A stretch of DNA of 64,000 nucleotides from Burkholderiaceae bacterium (GCA_018780645.1 JADMJJ010000040.1:28346-92345), one strand, 5' to 3'. Shown: positions 35,609 through 44,497, counted from the stretch's first letter. A program made the numbers and translations. The notes: generated by a model not told the origin, from the letters alone.

Positions 35609-36322
35609 TCAGCGCGTTTTCTGCGCCAGCAGCGCCCAAAGAAAGGCTTCGCCGAACAGCCCGCTGCCGGCTGGCTGCGACCGCATCGGCCGCAGTTCGT
35701 GGATCTTGAACAGGTCGCCCCAGACCTCGCGCAGCCGGGCCTCGGAGTAGCCCAGCCCGCCGCCCAGTGTGCCGCGTTCGTAGACCTCGTCGTCAGACAG
35801 TCCGCTGCCACCCTCGGGCCTGAAGCAGACCATGCCGAACCAGGCCCCCGGCTTCAGCGCGGCAGCGACCAGGCGGACATAGCCGTCGCGTCGATGCGGC
35901 GGCATGTGGTGAAAGCAACCCGAGTCATAGATCAGGTCACAGCTGCCGGGCTTGAGGTCGAAGTCGAACACCGAGGCATGGTGCAGGCGCAGGGTGACAC
36001 CGGCTTCCCGGGCGCGCTGCCCGGCCCACTCGATCGCCGCATGCGAGTAGTCGATGCCCTCGACCGTGAACCCGGAGCGGGCCAGCAAAACTGCATTGCG
36101 GCCATTGCCGCAGCCGACGTCCAGCGCGGCGCCCGCCCGCGGCACGATGCCGTCCGCCAGCCAGCCGGACAGGCATTCGTCCGGCTCGGGGCCGAAAAAG
36201 GGCACCGGCTTGGCACGGTTGGCATAGAACTGGTCCCACCAGCCGCTCTGTCGCTTGGCTAGCAGGGCGTCGAGTGCGGCGAGATCATCTGTTGCTGCAG
36301 TCGGCTTGGCGGAGATGTCCAT
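35609..36322 (-). CDS. Class I SAM-dependent methyltransferase
   Basis: Motif I ALDVGCGNGRNAVLLARSGFTVEGIDYS, with TehB/TPMT-like organisation. Confidence 0.85.
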   Translation of the reverse strand: MDISAKPTAATDDLAALDALLAKRQSGWWDQFYANRAKPVPFFGPEPDECLSGWLADGIVPRAGAALDVGCGNGRNAVLLARSGFTVEGIDYSHAAIEWAGQRAREAGVTLRLHHASVFDFDLKPGSCDLIYDSGCFHHMPPHRRDGYVRLVAAALKPGAWFGMVCFRPEGGSGLSDDEVYERGTLGGGLGYSEARLREVWGDLFKIHELRPMRSQPAGSGLFGEAFLWALLAQKTR

Positions 36323-36399
36323 GTCGGGCTCGGGTCCGGGTTGGTGCTGGGGTGCTGCGCTCTAGACAGGGACGGACCAGGCTCGGCGTCGGGTCGGCG

Positions 36400-36652
36400 T
36401 TATGTGTCGCGGTCGATGATAGGGAGGGTGCCGCGGCTTCCCGGCGCAACGGCAGGTGGAACGCCCGCAGGAACGAGATAGACCTCGCCACTGCGCAACT
36501 GCACAAGCTCCGCGCCCAGGCTCAATTTCATCTGGGCATCGGTGACCAGCAGCGCTTCGTCGAAGCGTTGATACCAGCCGCTTGGCCGACGACGGTGGAG
36601 CGCCAGGCATTGGGCAGGGCAGCGGCCACTGCCAGCAGATTATTTTTGCTCA
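36400..36652 (-). pseudogene. Decayed small cupin gene (frame change plus apparent internal deletion)
   Basis: The ATG at 36650-36652 gives MSKNNLLAVAAALPNAWRSTVVGQAAG. A different frame then gives YQRFDEALLVTDAQMKLSLGAELVQLRSGEVYLVPAGVPPAVAPGSRGTLPIIDRDT, ending at the TAA at 36400-36402. The span is 253 nt, which is not a multiple of 3. The strands that normally lie between the two parts of this cupin family are missing. Confidence 0.4.
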
Positions 36653-37424
36653 TCTGTCTATCGTAGCCGGGGTGGGCGCCGCCTTTGAAATCGACAAATC
36701 GCTGCGTTTGCAGCCTGTCAGGCACAGCCCGAGCCCTGGGTAGAAACCGTAGCTCGATACTGACCCGATCCCGGTTCATGTGCGCCGAAGTATGGGTCCG
36801 ATGTAGCAGATCGCCGCAGAAAAGCAGTGCATCGCCAGCTTCCATCACCGGCCGCCAGAACTCGTGCCCGGCAAATCGCGCCGCCAAATGCCCATGCGTC
36901 AACTCAGCCGGCGCCAGCAGCGACTCCTGCCTGCGTGCAACCAACTCCAATCCCGGCGCGTCATCGCCGCAAGGCATCAGCGGCACCCAGCACGTCAGCA
37001 TATCCAGCAGCGCATTGGCCTGAGGCGGCTGCTGCCCCAAAGCCAGAAAGTCGAACCCCAGCGCCCCATCCTGATGCCAGCTGTGCGCCGCGTGCAGTGG
37101 CGGGTAGCGGCTTGGCGCGTACTGCCGCCGTATCCAGCATTCATCGACGGCGCAGCTGATGTGCGGGCCCAGCGCGTGGTGGACGGTGGCCAGGAACTCG
37201 GGATTGCGACGCAGCGCCGCCCAGACCTCGCCAACGGGAATCTGGGGCAGAGCGCGCAGGCGCAGGGACGAGCTGTGCGGGGAGTAGTCGCCGGTGGCGG
37301 TCAGGGCGTCAACGTCCAGCGTGGCGTAGCGCTGCTCGATCAGGGTTAGCCAGTGGGCGCAAACGTCCCGGGGCACAAGGCCGGGCAGCAGCAGGGCACC
37401 GGAGGGGTGGGGGAAGGGGAGCAT
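36528..37424 (-). CDS. PhyH-like Fe(II)/2-oxoglutarate oxygenase; the ORF reads through into the cupin remnant
   Basis: HSWHQDG (HxD), LLFCGDLLHRTH and RVSIELRF are consistent with the phytanoyl-CoA dioxygenase fold. The last 41 or so codons (MSKNN... onward) are the 5' part of the decayed cupin gene read in frame. Confidence 0.6.
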   Translation of the reverse strand: MLPFPHPSGALLLPGLVPRDVCAHWLTLIEQRYATLDVDALTATGDYSPHSSSLRLRALPQIPVGEVWAALRRNPEFLATVHHALGPHISCAVDECWIRRQYAPSRYPPLHAAHSWHQDGALGFDFLALGQQPPQANALLDMLTCWVPLMPCGDDAPGLELVARRQESLLAPAELTHGHLAARFAGHEFWRPVMEAGDALLFCGDLLHRTHTSAHMNRDRVSIELRFLPRARAVPDRLQTQRFVDFKGGAHPGYDRQMSKNNLLAVAAALPNAWRSTVVGQAAGINASTKRCWSPMPR

Positions 37425-37439
37425 GGCAACGGTGGGTGG

Positions 37440-37483
37440 CCCCGGATTGCATCCGGGCTACGTAGCCCGGATGCAATCCGGGG
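37440..37483. repeat. REP-like pair forming a perfect 44-bp palindrome
   Basis: CCCCGGATTGCATCCGGGCTAC (37440-37461) is directly followed by its reverse complement GTAGCCCGGATGCAATCCGGGG (37462-37483). Confidence 0.9.
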
Positions 37484-38006
37484 CCGCGTCGCGCCACTCG
37501 AACAGCACGTCCGGGCAGCGCTCCTCATTGCGCTGGCCGTCGCTGAGCGCGATGACCTCGAAGCCATGGCGCTGGTAGAAGCGCCGCGCACCGGTGTTGA
37601 GCTGGAAGGTGTAGAGGCGGATGGTCGGGCCCAGCAGTTGCATCGCCTCACTCAGCAGCACCGAACCGAGACCGCGCAGGATGGCGTCGGGGTGCAGATA
37701 GAGCTGGTCGATCCAGGCCATGCCGGCCTCGTCACGCGACAGAGCCAGAACGCCCAGCATCGTGCCCTTGTCACCCAGCGCCAGGCTCACGCCCTGGCTC
37801 GGGATCAGCGTGCCAGCCACCCATTGGTGCACATCGGCGTCGCCATGCACCTGGCGCAGATAGGGCAGAAAGGTCTTGCGGCTGAGCAGCAGCAACTCGG
37901 CCACGGCAGGTGCGTCGGTGGCCACGGCGGGCCGCAGCAGGATGCTGTCACCGAGGCCGCTGAGCCGGATCTCCCTCGCGCCGATCTGCATCACGGCGTT
38001 GCTCAA
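37458..38006 (-). CDS. GNAT family N-acetyltransferase
   Basis: LYLHPDAILRGLGSVLLSEAM ... ARRFYQRHGFEV. TTG start at 38006, directly abutting the moeA stop codon at 38003-38005, or ATG at 37991. The last 8 codons (APDCIRAT) and the stop lie inside the REP palindrome. Confidence 0.8.
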   Translation of the reverse strand: MSNAVMQIGAREIRLSGLGDSILLRPAVATDAPAVAELLLLSRKTFLPYLRQVHGDADVHQWVAGTLIPSQGVSLALGDKGTMLGVLALSRDEAGMAWIDQLYLHPDAILRGLGSVLLSEAMQLLGPTIRLYTFQLNTGARRFYQRHGFEVIALSDGQRNEERCPDVLFEWRDAAPDCIRAT

Positions 38007-39301
38007 ACCAGCCCGTCGAAGCTCAAGACCTCGACCAGATCGCCGGCCATGACATTGCCTTGCTCGTGCTGCAGCACGACCAGGCAGTTGGCCTCGCTCA
38101 TGCTGCGCAGAATGCCCGAGCCCTGGGCGCCGGTTACGGCCACCTGCCAGTGGCCGTCGTGGCGGCGGCTGAGGATGCCGCGCTGGTACTCGGTGCGGCC
38201 GGGCTTCTTGCGCATGGCGCTGAGGCAGGGCACCCGCAGCAGCGGCAAGGGGCTGCTGGCGGCCCCGCTCATCGCCAGCAGGGCCTCGCGCACAAACGCG
38301 TAGAAGGTCACCATCACTGCCACCGGGTTGCCGGGCAGGCCGAACAGGATGGCCTGATGCGCCGTGTCTCCCGGGGCGGCAATGCGTCCTATGGCCATGG
38401 GCCGGCCGGGGCGCATGGCGATGCGCCAGAACAGCACCTCGCCCATCTCGGCCATTACCTGCTTGGTGTGGTCGGCCTCGCCGACGCTGACGCCGCCCGA
38501 GGTGATCACGGCATCGGCGCTGACAGCGGCTTCCCGGAAGGCCTCCGCCAGCGCCACCGGGTCATCGCGCACCACGCCCATGTCCAGCACCTCGACGCCG
38601 AGGCGCTGCAGCATTGCCCACAGCGTGTAGCGGTTGCTGTCGTAGACGCAGCCGGCGGGCAGTTCCTCGCCGACCGAGCGCAACTCGTCGCCGGTGGAGA
38701 AGAAGGCCACGCGCAGGCGGCGCAGCACAGCCACCTCGGGCTGGCCCAGCGAGGCCAGCATGCCGATGTCGGCCGGGCGCAGCACGCGGCCGGCGGCCAG
38801 GGCCACCTCGCCCAGGGCCAGGTCTTCACCGGCCAGGCGCCGGTTGTCGCCGGGCCTGACGATATCGGCCGGCACCAGCACCTCGTCGCCCTCGACCTGC
38901 GTGAACTCCTGCGGCACGACGGTGTCCAGGCCGGCGGGCATGACGGCGCCGGTCATGATGCGCACGCAGTGGCCTATTGGCACCTCGCCCTCGAAGTTCT
39001 GGCCGGCAAAGCCGGTGCCGGCGATCTTGAGCCTGGTTGCGCCCTCGGCCGTAAGCTCGAAGCCGCGCAAGGCGTAGCCGTCCATCGCCGAGTTGTCATG
39101 GGCTGGCACATTGATCGTCGAGACAATGTCCTGGGCCAGCACGCGGCCCAGCGCCGAGCGTATCGGCAACTGCTCGCGCGCGGTGACCCTGGGCACCAGG
39201 CGGGCGATGAACTCCTGGGCCTGGGCGACGGGCAGGGCCTGCGGGTCGTAGCCGCTGACGCAGGAGGCGATCTCCTGCAGCGACTGCAGCGGTGCGCTCA
39301 T
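38003..39301 (-). CDS. moeA: Molybdopterin molybdotransferase MoeA
   Basis: 432 aa with FFSTGDELRSVGE and ITSGGVSVGEADHTKQVM, typical of MoeA/gephyrin E-domain proteins. Confidence 0.93.
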   Translation of the reverse strand: MSAPLQSLQEIASCVSGYDPQALPVAQAQEFIARLVPRVTAREQLPIRSALGRVLAQDIVSTINVPAHDNSAMDGYALRGFELTAEGATRLKIAGTGFAGQNFEGEVPIGHCVRIMTGAVMPAGLDTVVPQEFTQVEGDEVLVPADIVRPGDNRRLAGEDLALGEVALAAGRVLRPADIGMLASLGQPEVAVLRRLRVAFFSTGDELRSVGEELPAGCVYDSNRYTLWAMLQRLGVEVLDMGVVRDDPVALAEAFREAAVSADAVITSGGVSVGEADHTKQVMAEMGEVLFWRIAMRPGRPMAIGRIAAPGDTAHQAILFGLPGNPVAVMVTFYAFVREALLAMSGAASSPLPLLRVPCLSAMRKKPGRTEYQRGILSRRHDGHWQVAVTGAQGSGILRSMSEANCLVVLQHEQGNVMAGDLVEVLSFDGLV

Positions 39302-39846
39302 CGCAGCGGGCAGACCATCAGGTCTTTGTCGAGATAGACAGGGTGGCCGCTCTCGCCGGCAGGCACCGGCAGCTTGATGGCGCGGGGCAGGGTGCCGTAG
39401 CGCACGAAGCCGGCGCGGGCGTAGAGGCGCACGGCGCCATGGTTGCTCGCGGTCACGGTCAGTATCAGCTGCTCGAGCCGCCCGTCGCCGCGGGCCAGGT
39501 TCAGCGCGGTCTTCAGAAGCGCATTACCGAGGCCCTGGCCCTGCATATCGTCGCGCACCATCATGCCGACGATGTGACCGATATGGGCCACCTTGGCGCG
39601 GTCGTCGCGCTCGCAGGTGATGGCGCCCACCATCTCCGCACCGACCCAGGCGCAGAGCGTGAACAGGGTGCCATTGCCATTGGCCTGCGGCAGGCGGAAG
39701 CGGTAGCTGGCCGCGCTGCGGCTGGACTCGCCGAGGGCGTCAGAAGTGAAGGCGTCCTCATGCGCCGTCAGCATCAGGTCGCGCAGGGCCTTGTAGGCGG
39801 GCAGATCCTCTGGCTTGAGGGCGTGGATCTCGAAGGTGGCTATCAT
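39298..39846 (-). CDS. GNAT family N-acetyltransferase embedded in the Moco operon
   Basis: The ATG at 39846 overlaps the mobA stop as ATGA, and the stop overlaps the moeA start by 4 nt. The core is GMMVRDDMQGQGLGNALLKTAL ... AVRLYARAGF. Confidence 0.85.
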   Translation of the reverse strand: MIATFEIHALKPEDLPAYKALRDLMLTAHEDAFTSDALGESSRSAASYRFRLPQANGNGTLFTLCAWVGAEMVGAITCERDDRAKVAHIGHIVGMMVRDDMQGQGLGNALLKTALNLARGDGRLEQLILTVTASNHGAVRLYARAGFVRYGTLPRAIKLPVPAGESGHPVYLDKDLMVCPLR

Positions 39847-40454
39847 GGTTCCAGCGTTTTCAGCTCGGCCAGGGTGTTGGCATTGAAGAAGGCCTTGGAG
39901 TCGGCGGGCGCGTGGAACTGCACCAGCGCGTGTTTGTGTTGCTGCAGCCAATGCTCGATCTTGCGGCCGCCCTCGGCCATGTACTTGGCCAGGCTGGGTT
40001 GCAGTGAGGTGCGCAGCAGGCAGAACACCGGCTGCACGCGGGCATGGCCGTCTTCCAGGGTCACCGGGGCGGCGATATCGGCCTGCTCGGCCTCTATCGC
40101 CTGCCCCAACCGTTCGGCCAGGTCCAGCGGGAACAGCGGGCTGTCGCAGGGCACCGTCAGCATCCAGGGCGTCTGGCAGGCGCGCATGCCGGCCATGAAG
40201 CCGGCCAGCGGGCCGGAGAAGTCGGCTTGCGTGTCGGTCACCACCGGCAGGCCCAGGGCGGCGTATTCGGTCAGGTGGCGGTTGGCATTGATCAGCATGC
40301 TGCCCACCTGCGGCCCCAGCCGGCTCATCGTGTGCTGCACCAGGGTGTGGCCCTTGAGCATCTGCATGCCCTTGTCCACGCCGCCCATCCGGCTGCCGCG
40401 GCCTCCGGCCAAGATCAAACCCGTGATGTCTTCTGCTCGCATCGAGTCAACCAC
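39843..40454 (-). CDS. mobA: Molybdenum cofactor guanylyltransferase MobA
   Basis: [21 protein letters not shown] start at 40454 (an 8-nt overlap with moaA) or ATG at 40442. Confidence 0.9.
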   Translation of the reverse strand: MVDSMRAEDITGLILAGGRGSRMGGVDKGMQMLKGHTLVQHTMSRLGPQVGSMLINANRHLTEYAALGLPVVTDTQADFSGPLAGFMAGMRACQTPWMLTVPCDSPLFPLDLAERLGQAIEAEQADIAAPVTLEDGHARVQPVFCLLRTSLQPSLAKYMAEGGRKIEHWLQQHKHALVQFHAPADSKAFFNANTLAELKTLEP

Positions 40455-41574
40455 CTATGTAATGCATTTCGACGCGGCGCTCGGCCCCTGGCGGGCCGGC
40501 ATCCGGGCCCAGGGCGCTGCGCAGCTGGGAGTAGCGGTCGCTGCGGCCGGCCCAGACCTGGCCAAGAGCACCCGCGATCTGTGCGTCGCTATAGGGGCCG
40601 CGCAGCAGGCTGCGCAGGTCGTGGCCCTGGGTCGCGAACAGGCACATGAACAGCTTGCCCTCGGTGGAAAGGCGGGCGCGGTTGCAGTCGCCGCAAAAAG
40701 CCTGGGTGACGCTGGAGATCAAGCCGATCTCGCCGCTGCTGGCCCCGCCGGCATAGCGCCAGCGCTGCGCGGTTTCGCCGGGCGCGCTGGGGTCGAGCGC
40801 CTCGACCGCGAACTCCGTGCGCAGCAGATCCAGCACCCGGGCGGATGGCAGCACCTCGTCCATCCTCCAGCCGTTGCTGGCGCCGACGTCCATGTATTCG
40901 ATAAAACGCAGCACCACGCCGCTGCCCAGAAAGTGCCGGGCCATGGGCAGGATCTGGTCGTCATTCGTGCCACGCTTGACGACCATATTGACCTTGATCG
41001 GTGCCAGGCCCGCGGCCTGGGCCGCTGCTATGCCGTCAAGCACATCGCGCACCGGGAAGTCGGCGTCGTTCATGCGCTTGAAGATGGCGTCGTCCAGCGC
41101 ATCAAGGCTCACCGTCACGCGCTGCAGGCCGGCGTCTTTCAGGCTTTGCGCCTTGCGGGCCAGCAGGGAACCATTGGTCGTGAGCGTCAGGTCCAGCGCG
41201 TCGCCGTCGGGCGTGCGCAGCTGGCTCAGCATTTCGATCAGGTTCTCGATGTGCCGGCGCAGCAGCGGCTCGCCGCCGGTGAGTCTGAGTTTCTGCACGC
41301 CGTGGGCAACGAACAGCGCCGTCACCCGGGTGATTTCTTCAAAGCTCAGCAAGGAGGTGCTGGGCAGGAATTTGTAGTCCTTGCCGAACACTTCCTTGGG
41401 CATGCAGTAGCTGCAGCGGAAATTGCAGCGGTCGGTGACCGAGATGCGCAGGTCGCGCAACGGCCGGCCCAGCGCATCGGACAGCAGGCCGGTGGGCGCC
41501 AGCGGCTGGGCAGGGATGCTGGGCACCCGGGCGGCGTAGCGCAGATCGGCAATGGAGATGACTTGGTCTGTCAT
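40447..41574 (-). CDS. moaA: GTP 3',8-cyclase MoaA (radical SAM)
   Basis: [10 protein letters not shown] radical-SAM cluster motif, a second Cys cluster [10 protein letters not shown], and a C-terminal GG. Confidence 0.95.
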   Translation of the reverse strand: MTDQVISIADLRYAARVPSIPAQPLAPTGLLSDALGRPLRDLRISVTDRCNFRCSYCMPKEVFGKDYKFLPSTSLLSFEEITRVTALFVAHGVQKLRLTGGEPLLRRHIENLIEMLSQLRTPDGDALDLTLTTNGSLLARKAQSLKDAGLQRVTVSLDALDDAIFKRMNDADFPVRDVLDGIAAAQAAGLAPIKVNMVVKRGTNDDQILPMARHFLGSGVVLRFIEYMDVGASNGWRMDEVLPSARVLDLLRTEFAVEALDPSAPGETAQRWRYAGGASSGEIGLISSVTQAFCGDCNRARLSTEGKLFMCLFATQGHDLRSLLRGPYSDAQIAGALGQVWAGRSDRYSQLRSALGPDAGPPGAERRVEMHYIGG

Positions 41575-41602
41575 ACGCGCATTGTGCCGCGCCCTCAGAC
41601 CC

Positions 41603-43213
41603 TTACTGGGCGAAATCGCAAAGTTGCCAGGGGGTTCTGGAGCGATAGTCCTCGATGAAGTCGTCGAAGCTGCCGGTCTGGCTGCTTTCCATCTGCTCCT
41701 GCTCGGCCAGCGACTGGCGCGCCATGGCCTCGAAATGGGCGGTTTCCTCGGCGCTCAGCGGGCGCGAGCGGAAGTTCTGCGCATGGGCCAGCGACTGGGC
41801 GAGCGAGAAGGCCTCGAACGAGTTGCCATGCTGTTGCAGCGTCGCCAGCACGCGGGCCGAGGGCGTCAGCGCCGGGTTCAGCAGCTTGGCACGCTGGGTG
41901 GCCAGGCTCCGGGCGTGTTGTGTGTCACCGCGCTCGGCGTCGAGCAGGGCGGCAACCTCGCTGATCTGGTCCAGCAGTTCCAGGCCCCAGGCCTGCAGTT
42001 CAACCGGCCGGCCCATGCGCTGCAGCGTCAGGCCCGGGCGGCGGCCCTGCTTGACGGTGCGGGCGAAGTTCTGCGCGTTGTCGCTGGCCTCCAGCTCGGG
42101 CGGGCTGTCGGCCAGGGTGCAGAACAGCAGGAAGGCATCGAGAAAACGCGAGGTCTCCAGGCTGATCCCCACCGGCTCGAACGGGTCCACATCCATGCAG
42201 CGCACCTCGACGTACTGCACGCCGCGGGCACACAGTGCCTCCAGCGGGCGTTCGCCGGGGCGTATCACGCGCTTGGGGCGGATGGTGGCGTAGTACTCGT
42301 TCTCGATCTGCAGCACATTGGTGTTGATCTGCACCCATTCGCCGTCGCGCTTCAGACCTATGGCCTCATAGGGCGCATGGGGCAGGCGCACGGCGCGGGC
42401 CAGGCCGCGCATATAACCCTGCACCGAGTTGTAGGGCGGCATCAGGTCGGCCTGGGCGTCGTTCTGGTAGCCCAGATCGCTCATGCGCAGGCTGGTGGCC
42501 CAGGGCAGGTAGAGGGTGTCGTCCGACAGCGTCTCCAGCTTGTGTATGCGGCCGCGCAGGAAGTGCGCGCTCAGTGCCGGCGAGGCGCCGAACAGATACA
42601 TCAACAGCCAGCTGTAGCGGTGGAAGTTGCGTATCAGGGCGATGTAGCGCTCGGACTGATAGTCCTGGGCCGACAGCGCCTTGGCGGGTTCGCTGTCTGC
42701 CTGCTGCAGCAGCTTCCAGATGCCTTCGTTGAGCGAATAGTTGTAGTGGATGCCGGCAATGCACTGCATCGTCTTGCCATAGCGCAGCGCCAGGCCACGA
42801 CGGTAAACGTGCTTGAGCATGCCGATGTGCGAGCGGCCGTACCAGGCGATGGGGATGTCGGCCTCGCCCGGCAGGTGGCAGGGCATGGACTGACTCCACA
42901 GCAGCTCCGGGCCCTGGGCCTTGTCAAGCTGGGTGTAGGCGAAGCGGTGGATCTGGTCCAGCTCCCGCAGCGCGGTGGCGATGTCGGGTTCGGCCGGGGT
43001 GATGAACTCGAGCAATGACTCGGAGTAGTCGGTGGTGATCTGCGGGTTGGTCAGCGCCGAACCCAGGCCCAGCGGATGGGGCGTCAGTGCCAGCTGGGCA
43101 TGCCTGTCCACCCTCAGGGTTTCACGCTCGATGCCGCGCAGCCCCTGAGACAACAGGGCGCGGTGGGTGGGGGAGGAGAGCAGGCTCAGGCCTTGCTTCA
43201 AGAGGTCGTTCAA
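41603..43213 (-). CDS. gshA: Glutamate--cysteine ligase (enterobacterial GshA type)
   Basis: GIERETLRV...[45 protein letters not shown] and [12 protein letters not shown] closely parallel E. coli GshA. Confidence 0.92.
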   Translation of the reverse strand: MNDLLKQGLSLLSSPTHRALLSQGLRGIERETLRVDRHAQLALTPHPLGLGSALTNPQITTDYSESLLEFITPAEPDIATALRELDQIHRFAYTQLDKAQGPELLWSQSMPCHLPGEADIPIAWYGRSHIGMLKHVYRRGLALRYGKTMQCIAGIHYNYSLNEGIWKLLQQADSEPAKALSAQDYQSERYIALIRNFHRYSWLLMYLFGASPALSAHFLRGRIHKLETLSDDTLYLPWATSLRMSDLGYQNDAQADLMPPYNSVQGYMRGLARAVRLPHAPYEAIGLKRDGEWVQINTNVLQIENEYYATIRPKRVIRPGERPLEALCARGVQYVEVRCMDVDPFEPVGISLETSRFLDAFLLFCTLADSPPELEASDNAQNFARTVKQGRRPGLTLQRMGRPVELQAWGLELLDQISEVAALLDAERGDTQHARSLATQRAKLLNPALTPSARVLATLQQHGNSFEAFSLAQSLAHAQNFRSRPLSAEETAHFEAMARQSLAEQEQMESSQTGSFDDFIEDYRSRTPWQLCDFAQ

Positions 43214-43340
43214 TCGCGGTCCTAGCTTGTCTCTTTGATGGCAGGCGCGCTGGGGTGGGCGGCGTCCGTTTCTGGGTAGGCGTGAAGATTAGTCGAATTC
43301 GATGTTTCGCGTGTGACCGCCCCGCTAAGGTGGCTGGCGG

Positions 43341-43676
43341 CTAACGGTTATGGCTGTCGTCCGCTGCGGGCCCGGCCGTTTTCGGCTTGTGGCCGGCGGC
43401 GTCGGCCAGCGCATGGACCAGGCTGTACTCGCAGACCTTGAACACCACATAGGCGGCGAGGCTCAGATAACCGGTCAGCAACAGCTCCAGCAGCTGCTGC
43501 AGGCCGCCGTCTGCAACGGCCTCCCAGCCATGCTCGGCCAGCAGGCCCGTGTTGGCCTTGAGCAGATAGAACAGATTCAATGAACCCGCGCCAAAGGCAA
43601 AGAAGCTCAGGCCCATGGCGACGAAGGTGGCCCAGCGGCGCGTCAGCACCAGAAGGTGGAACCAGGTTTTGAGCAT
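43341..43676 (-). CDS. Small integral membrane protein, unknown function
   Basis: 111 aa with three hydrophobic segments and a clean ATG. I recognise no family. Confidence 0.5.
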   Translation of the reverse strand: MLKTWFHLLVLTRRWATFVAMGLSFFAFGAGSLNLFYLLKANTGLLAEHGWEAVADGGLQQLLELLLTGYLSLAAYVVFKVCEYSLVHALADAAGHKPKTAGPAADDSHNR

Positions 43677-43746
43677 GGGCGACCTCGGCTTGCCGAACGG
43701 GCGCTCAGTCTAGCCCTGGCCGCCCAGGTTCAGTCGCTCACTTGTG

Positions 43747-44352
43747 TCAGCTGCCCCGCTTGGCCGCGATCAGGGTCTGCGGGCCATCGACCGCCAGCCG
43801 CGGCCGGTCGGCCTCGACCTCGGCGAGCGGTGCCACCTCGACCAGCGAGGCATGGCAGCGTTGGCTCAGCACCTGGTAGGTGCGGGTGCCATCAAGCTTC
43901 CAGCGGATCTCGTCCTCACTGAGTTCGCGCATCACCTTGGCCGGCAGGCCGGCGATCAGCGACTTCTCGGGCAGCTTCAGCCCTGCACGCACAAAGGCGC
44001 AGGCGGCGACGATGCTGTAGGCGCCGACCTCGGCCTCGTCCATGACCACCGCGTTCATGCCCACCAGCGCGTCATGGCGCACCACGCAGCCATGCAGCAC
44101 CGCGCCGTGGCCGATATGGCCATTGGTCTCGACCACCGTTTCCGAGCCCGGAAAACCGTGCACGACGCAGGTGTCCTGCACATTCACACCCTGCTGCAGC
44201 ACGATGCGGCCGAAGTCTCCGCGCAGGCTCGCGGCCGGGCCGATATAGCAGTCGGGCCCGACGATCACATCGCCGATCAGCACCGCGGTCGGGTGGACGA
44301 AGGCGCTCGGGTGGACGACGGGAATCACTCCGTCGATGGCATAACAAGGCAT
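43747..44352 (-). CDS. paaY: Phenylacetic acid degradation protein PaaY (gamma-carbonic-anhydrase-like hexapeptide protein)
   Basis: [48 protein letters not shown], a left-handed beta-helix repeat. It is divergent from paaG. Confidence 0.85.
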   Translation of the reverse strand: MPCYAIDGVIPVVHPSAFVHPTAVLIGDVIVGPDCYIGPAASLRGDFGRIVLQQGVNVQDTCVVHGFPGSETVVETNGHIGHGAVLHGCVVRHDALVGMNAVVMDEAEVGAYSIVAACAFVRAGLKLPEKSLIAGLPAKVMRELSEDEIRWKLDGTRTYQVLSQRCHASLVEVAPLAEVEADRPRLAVDGPQTLIAAKRGS

Positions 44353-44436
44353 GGCGAACTCCGGCTGAATCTCGAAACCAGGTAGTAACCCTAGGATTAT
44401 TTGACTTGCGTCAACGGGTCAAGCACCTTACGATCT

Positions 44437-44450
44437 ACCGACCGGTCGGT
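44437..44450. promoter_or_regulatory. Perfect 14-bp palindrome in the paaY/paaG divergent intergenic region; candidate operator for the TetR-type paa regulator
   Basis: ACCGACCGGTCGGT at 44437-44450, 48 nt upstream of the paaG ATG. A second inverted repeat, TTGACTTGCGTCAA, lies at 44401-44414. Confidence 0.4.
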
Positions 44451-44497
44451 CAAGAGTGTTTTGATTGATCTGCGTAGCCATAGCCGCGAGGAAGCCC

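Noticed and set aside
28601-37424. Classical genomic island or integrative mobile element
   Set aside because: The window contains no integrase, transposase, tRNA attachment site or direct terminal repeats other than REPs. I kept it only as a possibly flexible gene array.
37353-38303. 316-aa plus-strand ORF containing [16 protein letters not shown]
   Set aside because: Its N-terminus is a translation of the REP palindrome. The rest is antisense to the GNAT and moeA genes.
41575-41602. Moco riboswitch upstream of moaA
   Set aside because: Only 28 nt separate moaA from the gshA stop, which is far too short for the ~130-nt Moco RNA motif.
39292-41658. 788-aa plus-strand ORF antisense to the GNAT, mobA and moaA genes
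   Set aside because: The minus strand encodes radical-SAM MoaA and MobA with exact motifs. The plus-strand product has no motifs.
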